NCBI GenBank assembly: GCA_965240325.2
Contig: OZ251235.1
Span: 2,058,503 to 2,122,502, forward strand
Length of the DNA stretch: 64,000 nucleotides
Reading direction: 5' to 3'
Origin: Rebecca billardiae RCC1528
Lineage: Eukaryota; Protista; Haptophyta
Shown: one piece after another, positions 1 to 11,640 of the stretch
How positions within the stretch are numbered: position 1 is the first letter of the stretch
Layout of the letters: each line of letters starts with the position of its first letter
The notes under the pieces: model-generated
Seen by the model: the letters and a program-made list of their open reading frames with translations, nothing else
Databases searched by the model: none
Told to the model about the DNA's origin: nothing
Position numbers and translations under genes: made by a program

Positions 1-128
1 CCCGCGCGCCGCGCCGGCCGTGTCGGCCAGCGCGCCGCGCCCGCGCCCGCGCCGCGCGCTCTCGCGCGCGTCCGCGCCCGCCAACGCGCCACGCCGCGCC
101 CCGCCCTGCCGCCCGCGCGCGCACGCAG

Positions 129-1769
129 TGCTCAACGAGGTGCGCGCGGACACGGAGATCTCGTCGGGCACGCGCGGGGAGGAGCGCCCGCTGCAGGCGT
201 GGGTGCAATCGGACGACGGCACGCCAGGATCTGCCGCACCGCCCGCCGTGCCCCTAGAGTGCGCGCACGCGCGCGCACCGCTTGCCGTGGAGCTGGGGCG
301 GCGGCGCGAGCGCGCGCGAGGCGCGCCGACCCTCACACGGCGCCACGCACGCGCGCCTCCGCGCCGCGGCGCTCCGCAGCGACTGGGACGACGTGAACCG
401 CAAGAAGCAGTTCGCCGGCTGGGACCAGTTCACCGTGAACGAGCAGCAGTTTGGCGTCAAGTCGACATATGACGAAACGCTGTACACGACCGTTCTGGAC
501 AAGGGCAAGGTGAGCCGCGAGCAGGAGGCGGTGGCGAACAAGCTCGCGGCGGAGATCGAGGGGACGGCGGCGACGCACGCGCACATCGCGGAGGAGCGCG
601 GGCAGGAGATCGAGGGCAACGACAAGTACGACGAGGAGGCGCGCTACTCGACCGTGCTGCGCGCGGGTGAGGAAGGGATACAGGCGGTCGGCGCGGGGGC
701 GGGCGGCGGCGGGCAGGGCGGTGGCGGCGCACAGGGCGCGGATGGCAGGAGCGGCGAGGCGAGAGCAGACGCGAGCGCGAGCAGCGGCGCGCCCGCCGCC
801 GAGCCCGCCAAGTCCAAGCTCAACCCGAACGCCAAGTCTTTCGTCTTCAACCCGAAGGCGAAGGCGTTCGTGCCTGGCGGGAGCGGCTCTGGCGGCGCGC
901 GGCCAGCCATGCCGGCTGTCGCGGGGCAGTATGGCTGCGCGGGCTTCCCGGCGAACGCGGTGCGTGCGCGCGGCGCAGGGCCCCGCCGCGCGCCGAGGAG
1001 ATACGCCGTCGTGCACGACCGCCGGCCGGCATGCCCGGGGCGTTCTTTACCCCGCGCCCTCCGCGGCTGCGGCCGCGGCCGCGGTTGCGCTTCTGCGGTC
1101 GGTGCTCACACGAGCGGCACCTGTGCACGCGCGCTCCTCCCCTGCGCTGTCGTTCGCAGGGCATGATGTACCCGGGTGCGGCGGCGGGCATGGGCGCGGC
1201 CCCGGGGGGGATGCCGGTGAGCCCCGGCCCGTACCAGCAGATGATGCGGCCCGGTGCGCGCCCGCTGCGCGCGCCCGCACTGCGCGCACGAGCAGCGCGC
1301 TCGCGCCGCGTGCTCGCACCGCGCCGTATCCCGCCGCCCGCGCGCCTGCCTGCCTCTTGTGCGCATCTCAAGCAGCACCCGGCATGCTCCCTCCTCCCTC
1401 GCTCACTCTCTCGCCCGCGCAGGCAACCCGCAGTACATGCTGGGGGGCGCACAGGGGTTCCCGTCCGGCTCGCCGCCGCAGATGCCGATGGGGAGCATGG
1501 GCGGCGGCATGGTGAGAGCACCGCCAAACTACCCGATGCCGCCGACACCGCCGGGGCAGGGCATGTTCCCGCCCGGCGCTGCGCAGATGGCGGCCATGCG
1601 CGGCATGCAGGCGGGCTCGTTCGCGCCCTACTCGATGATGGGTGGCCAGCCGCAGGGGATGACCGTGCCGAGCCCCGGAGCGCCCGGGCGCTTCCAGGGA
1701 GCGCCGCCGAGCGGCTTTGGCGGGCCGCAGCCTCCCCGCCAGGCGACGTACCAGCCGCGGATGGGCTAG
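129..1769 (+). CDS. ATXN2: Ataxin-2/Pbp1-like RNA-binding protein, 3' part (LsmAD, PAM2, Pro/Gly/Met-rich tail); 5' end lies outside the window
   Basis: LsmAD motif WDQFTVNEQQFGVKSTYDETLYTT...IAEERG...DEEARYSTVLR; PAM2 SKLNPNAKSFVFNPKAKAFVP. Frame-consistent exons 129-258, 380-959, 1160-1253, 1423-1769 joined by GT..AG introns. Confidence 0.88.
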
Positions 1770-2115
1770 CGGTGGCGCCTGCTCACTCGTATCAGTTCGC
1801 ACAACACTCAGCAGCTCGCTCACAGCGCCGTCGCCGGTGGCGTGGAGGGACTGGCGTTGGACGGGCAGTTGCCAGTTGGTGTCCCGTGTTGGAAGTTGGC
1901 GCGGGAGTCGGCCGTTCCGCGCCGCGGCTCTCGGCCTCCGTGACCAGTCTGGCGTCTGGCTTGTGGCTGCCCGCGCTCGTCGACGTCATGGGCGGCTGCC
2001 TGGGCCTGGGCCGCGCTGGCGGGCTGGCAGACTCACGACTTGTGTCCGAAGGCGTATTGCCGTGGATGTGACATCATCATCCGTGATAATGTAAGACGAC
2101 GACCGTCACTAGACT

Positions 2116-3831
2116 TAGGGGGGCCAAACCGCTCATTTAAAAAGAAAATCAAAGCCGCGGCGCATTTTCGCTCCTCCTTCGGCCTTTTAGGGTGGCGCGG
2201 AGCCTTTTTCTCGGACCCCGCTCGAAAACCGAGCTCCGACGCGTTCGGGCGCTCAGAGCTCGGTTCCGCTCGAGCACGAGCGGCCGGAGGCAGTGGACCG
2301 CCGCGCGCTCGCGACCTCTGAGACGCCGATATGGTCTCGGGTGCGCGCGCGCGTGACGCTGGTGGGCGCTACTGGCCCGTGCCTTTGCGCCACCAGCGGC
2401 TCACCACCCGCTTCTTGGCCACCTCGCGCCGTGCGCGGCGCGCGTCGGCCGGCTTGAATTGGTGCGCTGCGTACGCCCGCTACGCTACCGCACGGTGTGG
2501 CGCATGATCAACTCGGACCAATGAGATCGATGCTCGGACCAATCGTCCATGTATGTCTGTGAATGCCAAGCTCGCCTAACCTGCCCTACTGCGCCGGAAT
2601 CGCCGTCAGCAGACCGGCGCGAGCTCGCGCACAACACCTCCGCGGAGCTCGCAACTGTCATGTTCCGCTTGTAGGGCCCGTGTTTGCACCTGCCGTGGCA
2701 CTTGCGATGGTCAGTACGTTGGGTATGGGTCACGTGTGCCCGCTGATGGCGTCGGGGCGCCTCCCATTCGCCTCTCAGGACGTCGCGGACGTGCTCGCAG
2801 GCAGCGGTTGGCTCATTCGACAGGTCCGACGTGCACTCGACCGTGCCTGCAAGCGCGCCCCTGTGACGCTCATGCCTGCAGAAGCAGATGCAGATGGGCC
2901 CCCATGCACCCTGGTGCGCCCAAGACCGGCGGGAGCGTCAGAGACCTTCTCAATCTTGACACCTTGCACACGCCGGCGCTTGCCGTTGGGCTCTGCGCAG
3001 CCAGCCAGGAGCGCCGAACAGCGCCGGATCAGCCTCTGTAGGCCGAATATCCGCCCCAAAGCCCAGAAATAGCGCGGAACAGGGTAGGGCATACCTATAT
3101 GGACCGATCCCATCCAGCCTGGTTTGGTGCAGAGACGCCAGCCACCGCCTGGAGCAGGCGTTTGCTGCCGAATCGCATGCTCGGCACTGTGCCGCACTGC
3201 GACGACGACAGATTTGACCTGCCTCGTAGGTCTCGGCCAGGGAGCGGTGACGGTTGGCTCGAGTGACTTTAAACCTTGACTATGACCGAGAGCACTCCCG
3301 GGCTGAGGACGTGGGGCCGGTGCTTTGGGTCTACTATGTCTGCAATACGCCGTACGCGTGGCCGTATACACAGTCTGAAAACGTATCTCGCAGCTCGAGA
3401 TCAGACGAGACTGTATTCATCAGCATGGCGCCTATATACACGGTGGGTATGTAACGACCAGTGGCTTCCAGGAAACTACATATTTGACAGCCTGCCAGTA
3501 CACCGCCTATATCGCATGTTGGGACCTGCTGCTGCTGGGGACTCAGAACGATCTCGCCGAGATGCTCTATCAAACTGAGGTCGACATGGTCTATATGTCA
3601 CATATAGGACGGCCGTTACATGCCGTTTCCAATAAGTTCAGGCTCATTCTAATAGGTAAATATGGTAGCCGTTACGCCCTATAATCAGGGTATGTGCACC
3701 TGATTTTTTTACATGGCCGGCCCAGACCCCTCCAGAGGGCAAATGATCCAGCCCGAAATCAGCTCTAAACACTCGCTAGGACCCGCGCTCGTGGCCGTCA
3801 GTAACGCTACAGTGCCACTTTGGCCCCCCTA
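2116..3831. mobile_element. Non-autonomous DNA transposon, ~1.7 kb
   Basis: Perfect inverted TAGGGGGGCCAAA (2116-2128) and TTTGGCCCCCCTA (3819-3831), readable as an 11-bp TIR plus TA target duplication. Interior has lower GC and broken ORFs. Confidence 0.6.
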
Positions 3832-4078
3832 GACTCACTAGTCACGACGTGACCCATTAGGGTCCCCTCTCAGGATAGTTCGGCCAGCAGTAGTGGATAC
3901 TCGATCTCATTATAGCTGCTACTTGCTAGCCTGCTAAGCGCCGTGTGTCTCGACCAACTACTGCAGCAGGCGGGGATGCTGCATGTCTAAGTCTTGCGTG
4001 TGCCACAATAATTCACAAATCTGCTCGATCGTGCCGCGTGCTCTCATATGCACATGCACTGGTTCTCCTTGGCGGCTG

Positions 4079-4578
4079 CACGGCACCATATTCAAAGTGC
4101 ACACCGGCCTTCAGTCAGACGCTGCAGGGCAGCTCATGTAGCCGCATGTAGTGCAGTCACGGTGCGGAGCTCGGGTCCGCTGCTGCCAGCGGCCCACTAC
4201 CTGCTGATGGGGTGTGCCCTGGCGGCTGGCGCACAGGCCACAGCACACAAGGCTCCGCCGAAAATAATGAGCGGCGCGCGCGCAGTTGTGCTACCGTTAC
4301 AACTGCCGTGTACAAGATGGGACCCAGTAAAAGAGGCGTGGGAGCCAGCCGAGAGCCCGTGTCGGCCACACCGTCACGCCCGAGCTGCCGGTGTCGCGTG
4401 CTGCCCTGAAGACAGAAGAGGCCTCCCATTGTCGGCTGAACCGCTGAAGTCATTAGATGGGATTGATGGGTGGGGGCCAACTCCACCGAATCGGTGGACT
4501 GACTGGGGTGACTGCACTGCATGCGGCTACAAGCTGCCCTGCGCCTGACTGTAGTCGTGCACTTTGAATGGTGCCGTG
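4079..4578. repeat. Inverted repeat pair (~70-80-bp arms)
   Basis: 4079-4160 (CACGGCACCATATTCAAAGTGCAC...GTAGTGCAGTCAC) is the reverse complement of 4508-4578, with small indels. Confidence 0.75.
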
Positions 4579-5261
4579 GAGCTCGGGTCCACTTCCCTGT
4601 GCGTGCCACTGTGGTTTCTGTTCAGGCGGTGTCGCAGAGCGATCCTACCGCAGGCTACTCTTAGGTCGAGGCCCTGCGCAAACTAAGGCGGCGCGGCGGC
4701 GGCCGACCAGCAGCGCCAGCTACTTGCAGCAGTAAATTGTCAGTACGTAGTCTTGAGCAGCAGTAGAGTGGAGCCTAGCTAGCATCATACGGCGCTCGAG
4801 CCGCGCCAGCAGCTTCATCGTTCACGGTAGCGTGTGCTCACATGCTACGACTGCCGGCCCGCCCTGCCGCCAGAGGTAGCACGCACTTGTGCAGGCCGTC
4901 GGCTGAGCCAGGTGCTCCCGAGGCTGCGGTTGGCCGGCCGGGCGCCAGCGGCGCAAGCGTGCACAGCGGCCGCGAGTAGGCGAGAGAGAGCTGGCTGGCG
5001 GAGGCGACGTTAAGCGCCGGCCGAGTCGGCACTAGCCAGTGACGAGGCGTGCAGCGCGCGGCGGCGGCGCGCGTGCCAAACATCAATAAGAAGCTGCCGG
5101 CAGGGACCACGCCAGCCCGCTCGGCATGCGCGCCGTAGCGGCCGCATCACGAGCCCCTGGTGGGGTCCACCTCCGCGCTCCACTGCGGGACCGGAGCGGC
5201 GGTCACTTTTATTGATGCTCTCCGCGCTTGGCACCTATAGCTGGGCGCATCCTGCAGCCAC

Positions 5262-5264
<3 letters not shown>

Positions 5265-5292
<28 letters not shown>

Positions 5293-5323
5293 TGATATTG
5301 ATATTGATATTGATATTGATATT
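5265..5323. repeat. (TA)n followed by (ATTGAT)n microsatellite
   Basis: Read directly. Confidence 0.95.
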
Positions 5324-5687
5324 GGGCCCGGGGCCGGGTGTGAGACTGTGACTCGGTCGTCAAGCCGCATGCGGACTCAACTGACAACTGTGTCTGTGAT
5401 GAATAAACTGAGCCAGGCGCCGGCGGCTCGGCGGCTGCCAGCAGCGGCCAGTCGCCAGCTAGCAGCCACGGTCAGCCCAGGCCGCGCGGCCGGTCACGGT
5501 GGGCCCACCGAGGGCCCACCGGCCAGTCCGGTTGGGCGGTGGCTGGCTGGTCACGGTGGGCTGGTCAGGTGGCGCAGCGGCAGCAGCACAGCTCGGCACC
5601 GCAGCTCGGTCCGATCAGGTGTCACAGGTGAGGGCGGGCGTCCATGACGACAGAAGGGCGCAGTAGACTAGCGCCGGACGATCCGCC

Positions 5688-6170
5688 TCAGTGCGCTTCA
5701 CGCACGGCCATCGGCACGAGACTTGATGCACCACCACCCCGCAGGATGTCGCCCAGGTGCAGCGTTCTGGCGAATGCCTCCTGGGCATCGCGCCCACCTA
5801 GCGGCGCGCTGTGCACAACGATCAGGAATGAGTGCGAGAGGTGCTGGACCATGAGTGTGCTTCTGGCGATGCTCTCCAGCGGCAACGCTTTCCGAGCTCC
5901 CGACACGCCCATGACGAAATCGACCTCGCGGCGGACGATGGTGTAGTGCCGATCGTTGAAGCCGACCGCGGCAGGCGCGTCTTCCTGAAAGCACGCGGGC
6001 AACGCGCGCCACGACTCTGGCCGGAGGCGCTGGAGCGACCCATGCGCGGCGATGCATTCACCATCGGGGGCGATCAGCGCGGCCCCATTGATGAGATCTC
6101 CACCGCGACCGCGGAGGTCCAAGTGAACCTCGATCAGCTCAGCCCACGGAGCATGCGGCGCAGTTGCCAT
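5688..6170 (-). CDS. Divergent profilin-like protein
   Basis: Collinear with the profilin pattern: WAELIEVHL (cf. WQAYVDDHL), AALIAPDG (AAIIGHDG), FNDRHYTIV (LGGTKYMVI), FLIVVH, HLGDILR (RLGDYL). ATG at 6170. Confidence 0.72.
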   Translation of the reverse strand: MATAPHAPWAELIEVHLDLRGRGGDLINGAALIAPDGECIAAHGSLQRLRPESWRALPACFQEDAPAAVGFNDRHYTIVRREVDFVMGVSGARKALPLESIARSTLMVQHLSHSFLIVVHSAPLGGRDAQEAFARTLHLGDILRGGGASSLVPMAVREAH

Positions 6171-6269
6171 CGTGAGTTCGACCAGGGGGTCAGAAGTAGC
6201 CAGCGCCCGCCCTTTTACCTGTGCCAACGGCCGCGTCGCCACCCCACCGGAAGCGGCTGCTGGCGCGGT

Positions 6270-6866
6270 GGCGCCTGGCGGCTGTTTCCCGGGAACAAGT
6301 TACTTGGTCCGCCAGCAGCCCTCCCGCCCCGCCCTATCAATTCTGCTTGCACCCACCGCTGGCGGCGCTCGTGGCGAGGCCCGCTGGCGGCCCCGCTCGC
6401 GCCTGGCGACAAATACGTACTCGCCCGTAGCTATGGCGCTTGCAGAAGGGCCGCCAGCAGCTCTTCCGCCCCGCAAAATCAATATGCCTTGCACCCGCCG
6501 CTGGCGGCGCTCGTGGCGAGGCCCCGCTGGCAGCCCCGCTCGGGCCTGGCGACAAATACGTACTCGCCCGTAGCTATGCCGCTTGCACGGAAAGGCCGCC
6601 AGCAGCCCTTCCGCCCCGCAAAATCAATGACAATATGCTTTCACCCGCCGCTGGCGGCGCTCGTGGGCGAGGCCCCGGTTGGCGGCCCGCTCGCGCCTCC
6701 AGGGCGACAAAGACATACCGTCTCGCCCGTAGCTACTATCTATGCCGCTTGCAGAAGGGCCGCCAGCGGCCCTGCTTCCGCCCCGCAAAATCAACTATGC
6801 TCGCACCCGCCGCTGGCGGCGCTCGTGGCGAGGCCCGCTGGCGGCCCCGCTCGCGCCTGGCGACAA
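6270..6866. repeat. Tandem repeat, 4 copies of a ~142-164-bp unit
   Basis: Anchor GCTGGCGGCGCTCGTGG recurs at about 6358, 6500, 6650 and 6812. Confidence 0.9.
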
Positions 6867-7065
6867 TATGCAGGCTATGGTCCGGTAGAGGGCGATGGAG
6901 CTGATGAGCGGCACTGGCGCCTGGCGTCCGTGTCACCGTCCTCTTTACTCTACTTATAGTATAGTAGTTAGACAATCACCAGTTATTGTACCAATAACCC
7001 CACATATAGCTACTAGGCAGCACTGCCTCGGAGCAATGCCTCCAATGCTATTCTTATAGCATTGC

Positions 7066-7068
<3 letters not shown>

Positions 7069-7146
<78 letters not shown>
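7069..7146. repeat. (TA)n microsatellite
   Basis: Read directly. Confidence 0.95.
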
Positions 7147-7150
<4 letters not shown>

Positions 7151-7181
7151 CTATGCTGCAGGCGGCGTGGAGCAGTTGGCA

Positions 7182-8441
7182 TCAGTCTGAGAGTGAGTGG
7201 GCCAAGGGCAGCCTCTCTAGAGCTTCCTGGTCAAATGCGCAGTGGAAGGGCTGTCCCTTTGCGAGTGCGAAGATGTCCTGGCCATTGGTGCACAGGGTGG
7301 CAATCAGGCACACCTCGAGCATGAAGACAATCCTCCCCGAGTACAGTTGAGACTCTGTGTACCGCGACTCCGACACATCAGTGAGGAGCATGCGAGTCGA
7401 AAGCTTGGCTGGCGGTGTCGCAAAGACGATGCCTGCACCTCTAGTCTGGCCTGGCAGCGCGTTGAGCAGAGCACAGCACGTCCACTCGAGGTTGTGGCAG
7501 ACTGTGTACGGCGGCAGCGAGCCCATCAACCAAAGGATAGCAAGGCCTGCTCGTTGGCATGCCACTGAGGCACGGATATGGCAATGAGTGGGCATCTCCG
7601 GGTTCAGCTGGCGATTGCAGTATTCTCGGTTGTGCAGGTCAAATCCCAAGAGCGCACGTACAGGCTGCTGGGCAGCGTGCTTATGCCCAGCAGCAGCTGT
7701 GTCAGGGTAGAGCGGCAGTTGCTCAGCATGCTCACACCCCGGACTCCCTTGGTTCCAGTTGCGCGCGCACACGTCGCCGCGTGCCATCGCTGCTCGCCAC
7801 GCGGGCAAACGCGCGCGCGCCGGAAGGCAGTTGCGCCTCGTAGTCCGCACAAAGCCGACTGAGCCCCACATGTGCCAGAAGGTGTGATGCCTGTCTGCAA
7901 TGAACGCCTGGCATACTGGGCGAGAGAAGTTCACGTCCACGCCAAAACGGCTGGCAGCCAGGCGCGCCTTGCGGAGCCGCGTCCGGTCGAATGGCTTGTG
8001 AACGCTGCGGTTGACAACCTCGTTCTCCCATGGATTCGCCGGCGCCGACCCACCGCTTGGCTCAAAGGATAGCGCGCCTTCCCACCCTGGGATCTGCGGC
8101 CGAGCGCATGACATGTTTATATCGAGAGCTTGACGACCACTGGAACCGCAATGCGGGAGCGGCGGAAATTGGGCTGTCGTCGCACCGTCGGGTCCACCCC
8201 AAAGCCATCTCCACCAGCCCGATGCTGCCGAGGACTGCAAGCTGTGCCCGGGAGGGCTCGGCCGCAGCTCGCGGGCGCCGAGTCGTTTTGAGCTCCGCGC
8301 CGGCTGCTCATCTGCTGCGGGGGCATCCGCTAGAGGATGAGATGAGTGCTGGCACGCGTGCTGGCACTCGTCGCCGAGGCTGACGCACACATGGTTGGTC
8401 GCCACCAGCAGCATGACTGCGCTCGTCGCGCCGGCACGCAT
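7182..8441 (-). CDS. Secreted Cys-rich protein of unknown function
   Basis: Intronless ORF with a hydrophobic N-terminus (MRAGATSAVMLLVATNHVCVSLG) and a globular C-terminal half (CARNW..G, ALLGFD, PYTVCHNLEWTCCA, LPGQ, FMLEVC). Confidence 0.7.
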   Translation of the reverse strand: MRAGATSAVMLLVATNHVCVSLGDECQHACQHSSHPLADAPAADEQPARSSKRLGARELRPSPPGHSLQSSAASGWWRWLWGGPDGATTAQFPPLPHCGSSGRQALDINMSCARPQIPGWEGALSFEPSGGSAPANPWENEVVNRSVHKPFDRTRLRKARLAASRFGVDVNFSRPVCQAFIADRHHTFWHMWGSVGFVRTTRRNCLPARARLPAWRAAMARGDVCARNWNQGSPGCEHAEQLPLYPDTAAAGHKHAAQQPVRALLGFDLHNREYCNRQLNPEMPTHCHIRASVACQRAGLAILWLMGSLPPYTVCHNLEWTCCALLNALPGQTRGAGIVFATPPAKLSTRMLLTDVSESRYTESQLYSGRIVFMLEVCLIATLCTNGQDIFALAKGQPFHCAFDQEALERLPLAHSLSD

Positions 8442-8784
8442 GCTGACGACGAGTGCCACGGCTCTCGAGGGCCGTCGCCAGGATTCAGCAGCGGAAGGTA
8501 CTGTACATCAGAATGATGAGCTGATCGTATTACAGTACCCCCATACGCCCGCGCCGCGCCCGCAGGACGTATTGCAGTACTGGCAGCCACATCTGAGGCT
8601 GCAGCCAAGTTCGTATTATTTTGGACCAGAGCAAATAAACTTTACTCAGCAGTCCGGCTGGAGGCTTCGGCCGCCAGCCTGATCACCCGGAGCCCGTTAT
8701 AAAGGGGAATTTTAAAAAAAAAAGTCCATCAGTAGACTGTATCATACTGGTACGGGTAGCCGGCCGCACCAAGCCCGCGTCACG

Positions 8785-10446
8785 ATGGGCATGGCGTACG
8801 CAAGGGCGACAGCCGCAGCGGTCCTGCTCGGATGGCTCACCGTCCATCGCCCTTGCGACGCTGCCGGCGCGATGGACGGCGCGACAGGGGCAGAGTGCGC
8901 GAGGCGCCTCGCCGCTGCGTCGGAGGCAGCAGCCAGCACCATCGAGCAGCGCCTGGCGACGACAGGCATCGTTTCACACGCCATCGAAACGTGCGGCAAG
9001 CTCACGCCTGATCCAGCTCCTGACCCCATCCGAAGCAACGAGTGCCTGAACGCCCAGCTACACTCGCCCTCGGCCAACCGCTCGGTGAGCTACCTGCACA
9101 TTGACCTGCCGCAGTGTGCGTACATCCAGGCGGCTGTTGGTGTTGGGCTCGTGATAGACGCAGATGCAGTCGTCAAAGGCCCTGCCTGGCCGCATGACGT
9201 GTGGGCCCTGCCCCGGACCCATCGCCGTTGCCTCGCCGGACGAGGCCCGCCCTGCATTCCGCCGCTTGTGCCGTGCCAAGCCAGCACAATGGGCCCAGGC
9301 ACATACGCGCGACTGCGCTACGAGCGCTTGACGATGCAATTTTTCGAGGAGGTGAACAAACTGTGCCCACCTGAGGACTACTCACGGCTGGCAAGCTTCT
9401 CGAGGGCGCTTGGAACTCAAGGAAAAGATGCCAACCTTAGCGACGTGAGAAGCAGCACTCGTCCGCACACCACCCCTGTCGGCAGCATCTCCACTGCCTG
9501 CTGGAACCCAAAGAGTCCATGTGAGGAGAGCCTCACAAGTGCTGTTTATGAGAGGTTTGCTCATGCCCTGGACACTTCGTGCTACCACCTGGACTGGGCT
9601 CAGGCTGTGCGGTACAGCAGGGCTTTCTATGAGCACCTGCGCGCACGCGGCGCGCACTGCACAATGCACCCCTTGCAGAACCACAACGAGTGCCTCTCCA
9701 GGTGGTCAGCACTGGACATTCTGGCAGTATACTACACCCCAAACCTGGTGCAGTGGGCATGCTCAGGCTATGCTGCCACAAACACAAGCTGTAAGGCAGC
9801 ATTGGGTGTGGAGCAGAGCCTTCTGCAGCGTGCGCTGCACGTGGCCCATCGAGTTAAGCAGCTGCGTGTCGCAGAGCGCAAGAGATCTATGCTCAGCAGG
9901 AAAGGCAAGGCACCTGGTAAGCAACCTATTGGTGGTCATCTGAATGGTGTACCTGTGGTCCAGGGCTGGCCTAAATCCGAGTGCCTGGACATGTCCGCCT
10001 ACCTTGCACGCACATCAGCTGGCCCAAGGACACAAGCGGGGCAAAGGGAAGAATCTCAAGGCTCTACTGGAGCACCCAGCATCACTGCTGTGCAGAGCTT
10101 TGTTACTGGCTGGTGGGAGCAGCCCTGGCATCCCTCAAAGCCATCGTCACTTCACCAGAAACCGCTTGGTGGTGCTAATGATGCTCGTCGTCATGACGAT
10201 GTGCTGGGCAAAATATCGAGCAATATGGCACATACAGCACGACTTGATGGTGCGCTCCGTCAGCACGTACTTCTACATCAGCGCAGTCATCCAGCCAGCA
10301 TGGTATCGTCGTCCTTGACGACAATGTTCACCCCAGTGCCGATTGCAGAGCTTGCTGCTGCACTTGACGATGCAACTTGCCAGCCTCACAGCTTCCCACC
10401 TGCTCAGCAGCCGACCACTGCTGGGAATATACGACGAGTTAAGTGA
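8785..10446 (+). CDS. Secreted Cys-containing protein of unknown function (553 aa)
   Basis: Long ORF in moderate-GC DNA with a signal-like N-terminus (ATAAAVLLGWLTV) and complex amino-acid composition. Divergent from the 7182-8441 gene. Confidence 0.72.
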   Translation: MGMAYARATAAAVLLGWLTVHRPCDAAGAMDGATGAECARRLAAASEAAASTIEQRLATTGIVSHAIETCGKLTPDPAPDPIRSNECLNAQLHSPSANRSVSYLHIDLPQCAYIQAAVGVGLVIDADAVVKGPAWPHDVWALPRTHRRCLAGRGPPCIPPLVPCQASTMGPGTYARLRYERLTMQFFEEVNKLCPPEDYSRLASFSRALGTQGKDANLSDVRSSTRPHTTPVGSISTACWNPKSPCEESLTSAVYERFAHALDTSCYHLDWAQAVRYSRAFYEHLRARGAHCTMHPLQNHNECLSRWSALDILAVYYTPNLVQWACSGYAATNTSCKAALGVEQSLLQRALHVAHRVKQLRVAERKRSMLSRKGKAPGKQPIGGHLNGVPVVQGWPKSECLDMSAYLARTSAGPRTQAGQREESQGSTGAPSITAVQSFVTGWWEQPWHPSKPSSLHQKPLGGANDARRHDDVLGKISSNMAHTARLDGALRQHVLLHQRSHPASMVSSSLTTMFTPVPIAELAAALDDATCQPHSFPPAQQPTTAGNIRRVK

Positions 10447-11417
10447 TGATATGCGATACTTTTATATATATATGTCTAGCCGTTCTCGAAGCGCCTGCGC
10501 CATCCAGATGCAGCGAGGAGGTGAGGCACACGCCGGACAGGGAGGAGCCACGCTGCGAGATGCCAGACTTTATATATACTACATTGTATCAGATGGGATT
10601 TTTGTTCGTTCCTCGGAAACAACGTGCAAGCGGCAGCCAGCGCTCGGACCGATAGAGCGCGCGGCATGACGGGCAGCTCGACGCCGAGCGCGGTGTGACA
10701 GATGGATCCGCAGACTGAGAGAGCGCGCAGCATGCTAAACCGAGGAACCGAGGTCGATGGGGCGCACCGCGCCGACACAGCGGCAAAAATGCCAGGCAAC
10801 AAGCTGTCAACGACAACAGCAGGGGCGGGCGGGCGGGGCAGCTTGGAAGACGCAGCCCGAGGGCCGCCAAGCCACACGAGAGCGAGGCACGAAGGACCAT
10901 GGCCATCGTGCACAGGGCGCATCGGAGCTGCAGGCCGCCGGAAACAGCTGCAGCCATCAGGACTGTGGGCGCTTCCGAAGGGCGTTCGCTGCGAGTGAGC
11001 GAGAGGCACGCAGCAGCTCATCGGTTGGCTCGGCGCCTGATGAAAAACCCAGTTCACCAATTGGCCGTCCTGACCGCCATGCCAACCTCGCCTATTATTA
11101 GCCTAATAAGGCCCAGGAGCATGCAGCGCAGCGAGTAAGCCGTTCTAGGCAATCGTCCATGCGCACCGAGCAGGCTCGAAAGCCCTCGTGGCACGAGAAG
11201 AGGGTGGCTGAGATGGCAGCCGGACCTGAGCTCGGCCGCCCGTGGCTCATCAGGCCGAATGGCAGGCAGGTGTTGGTATGGCGCATTGCGCTCCCACCGT
11301 CCTCTTAGACAATTATAGTTATTGTGCCAGTTAATACCCCATAGGCGCGGACGCATTCTATGTGTCTGTTGCACTCTTGAGCCTGACGCTTGTCCGATGC
11401 TGCCGCCACGTCGTTAA

Positions 11418-11531
<114 letters not shown>

Positions 11532-11640
11532 CTTACGACATATATATCAGACATATCATCAGTCTTACTTTTTATAAGTGAGTCTGCTGCGCGTTCGGTA
11601 ATCGGTTCCTCAGGTAACCAGTGCACCCGAAAGTTGCTCG

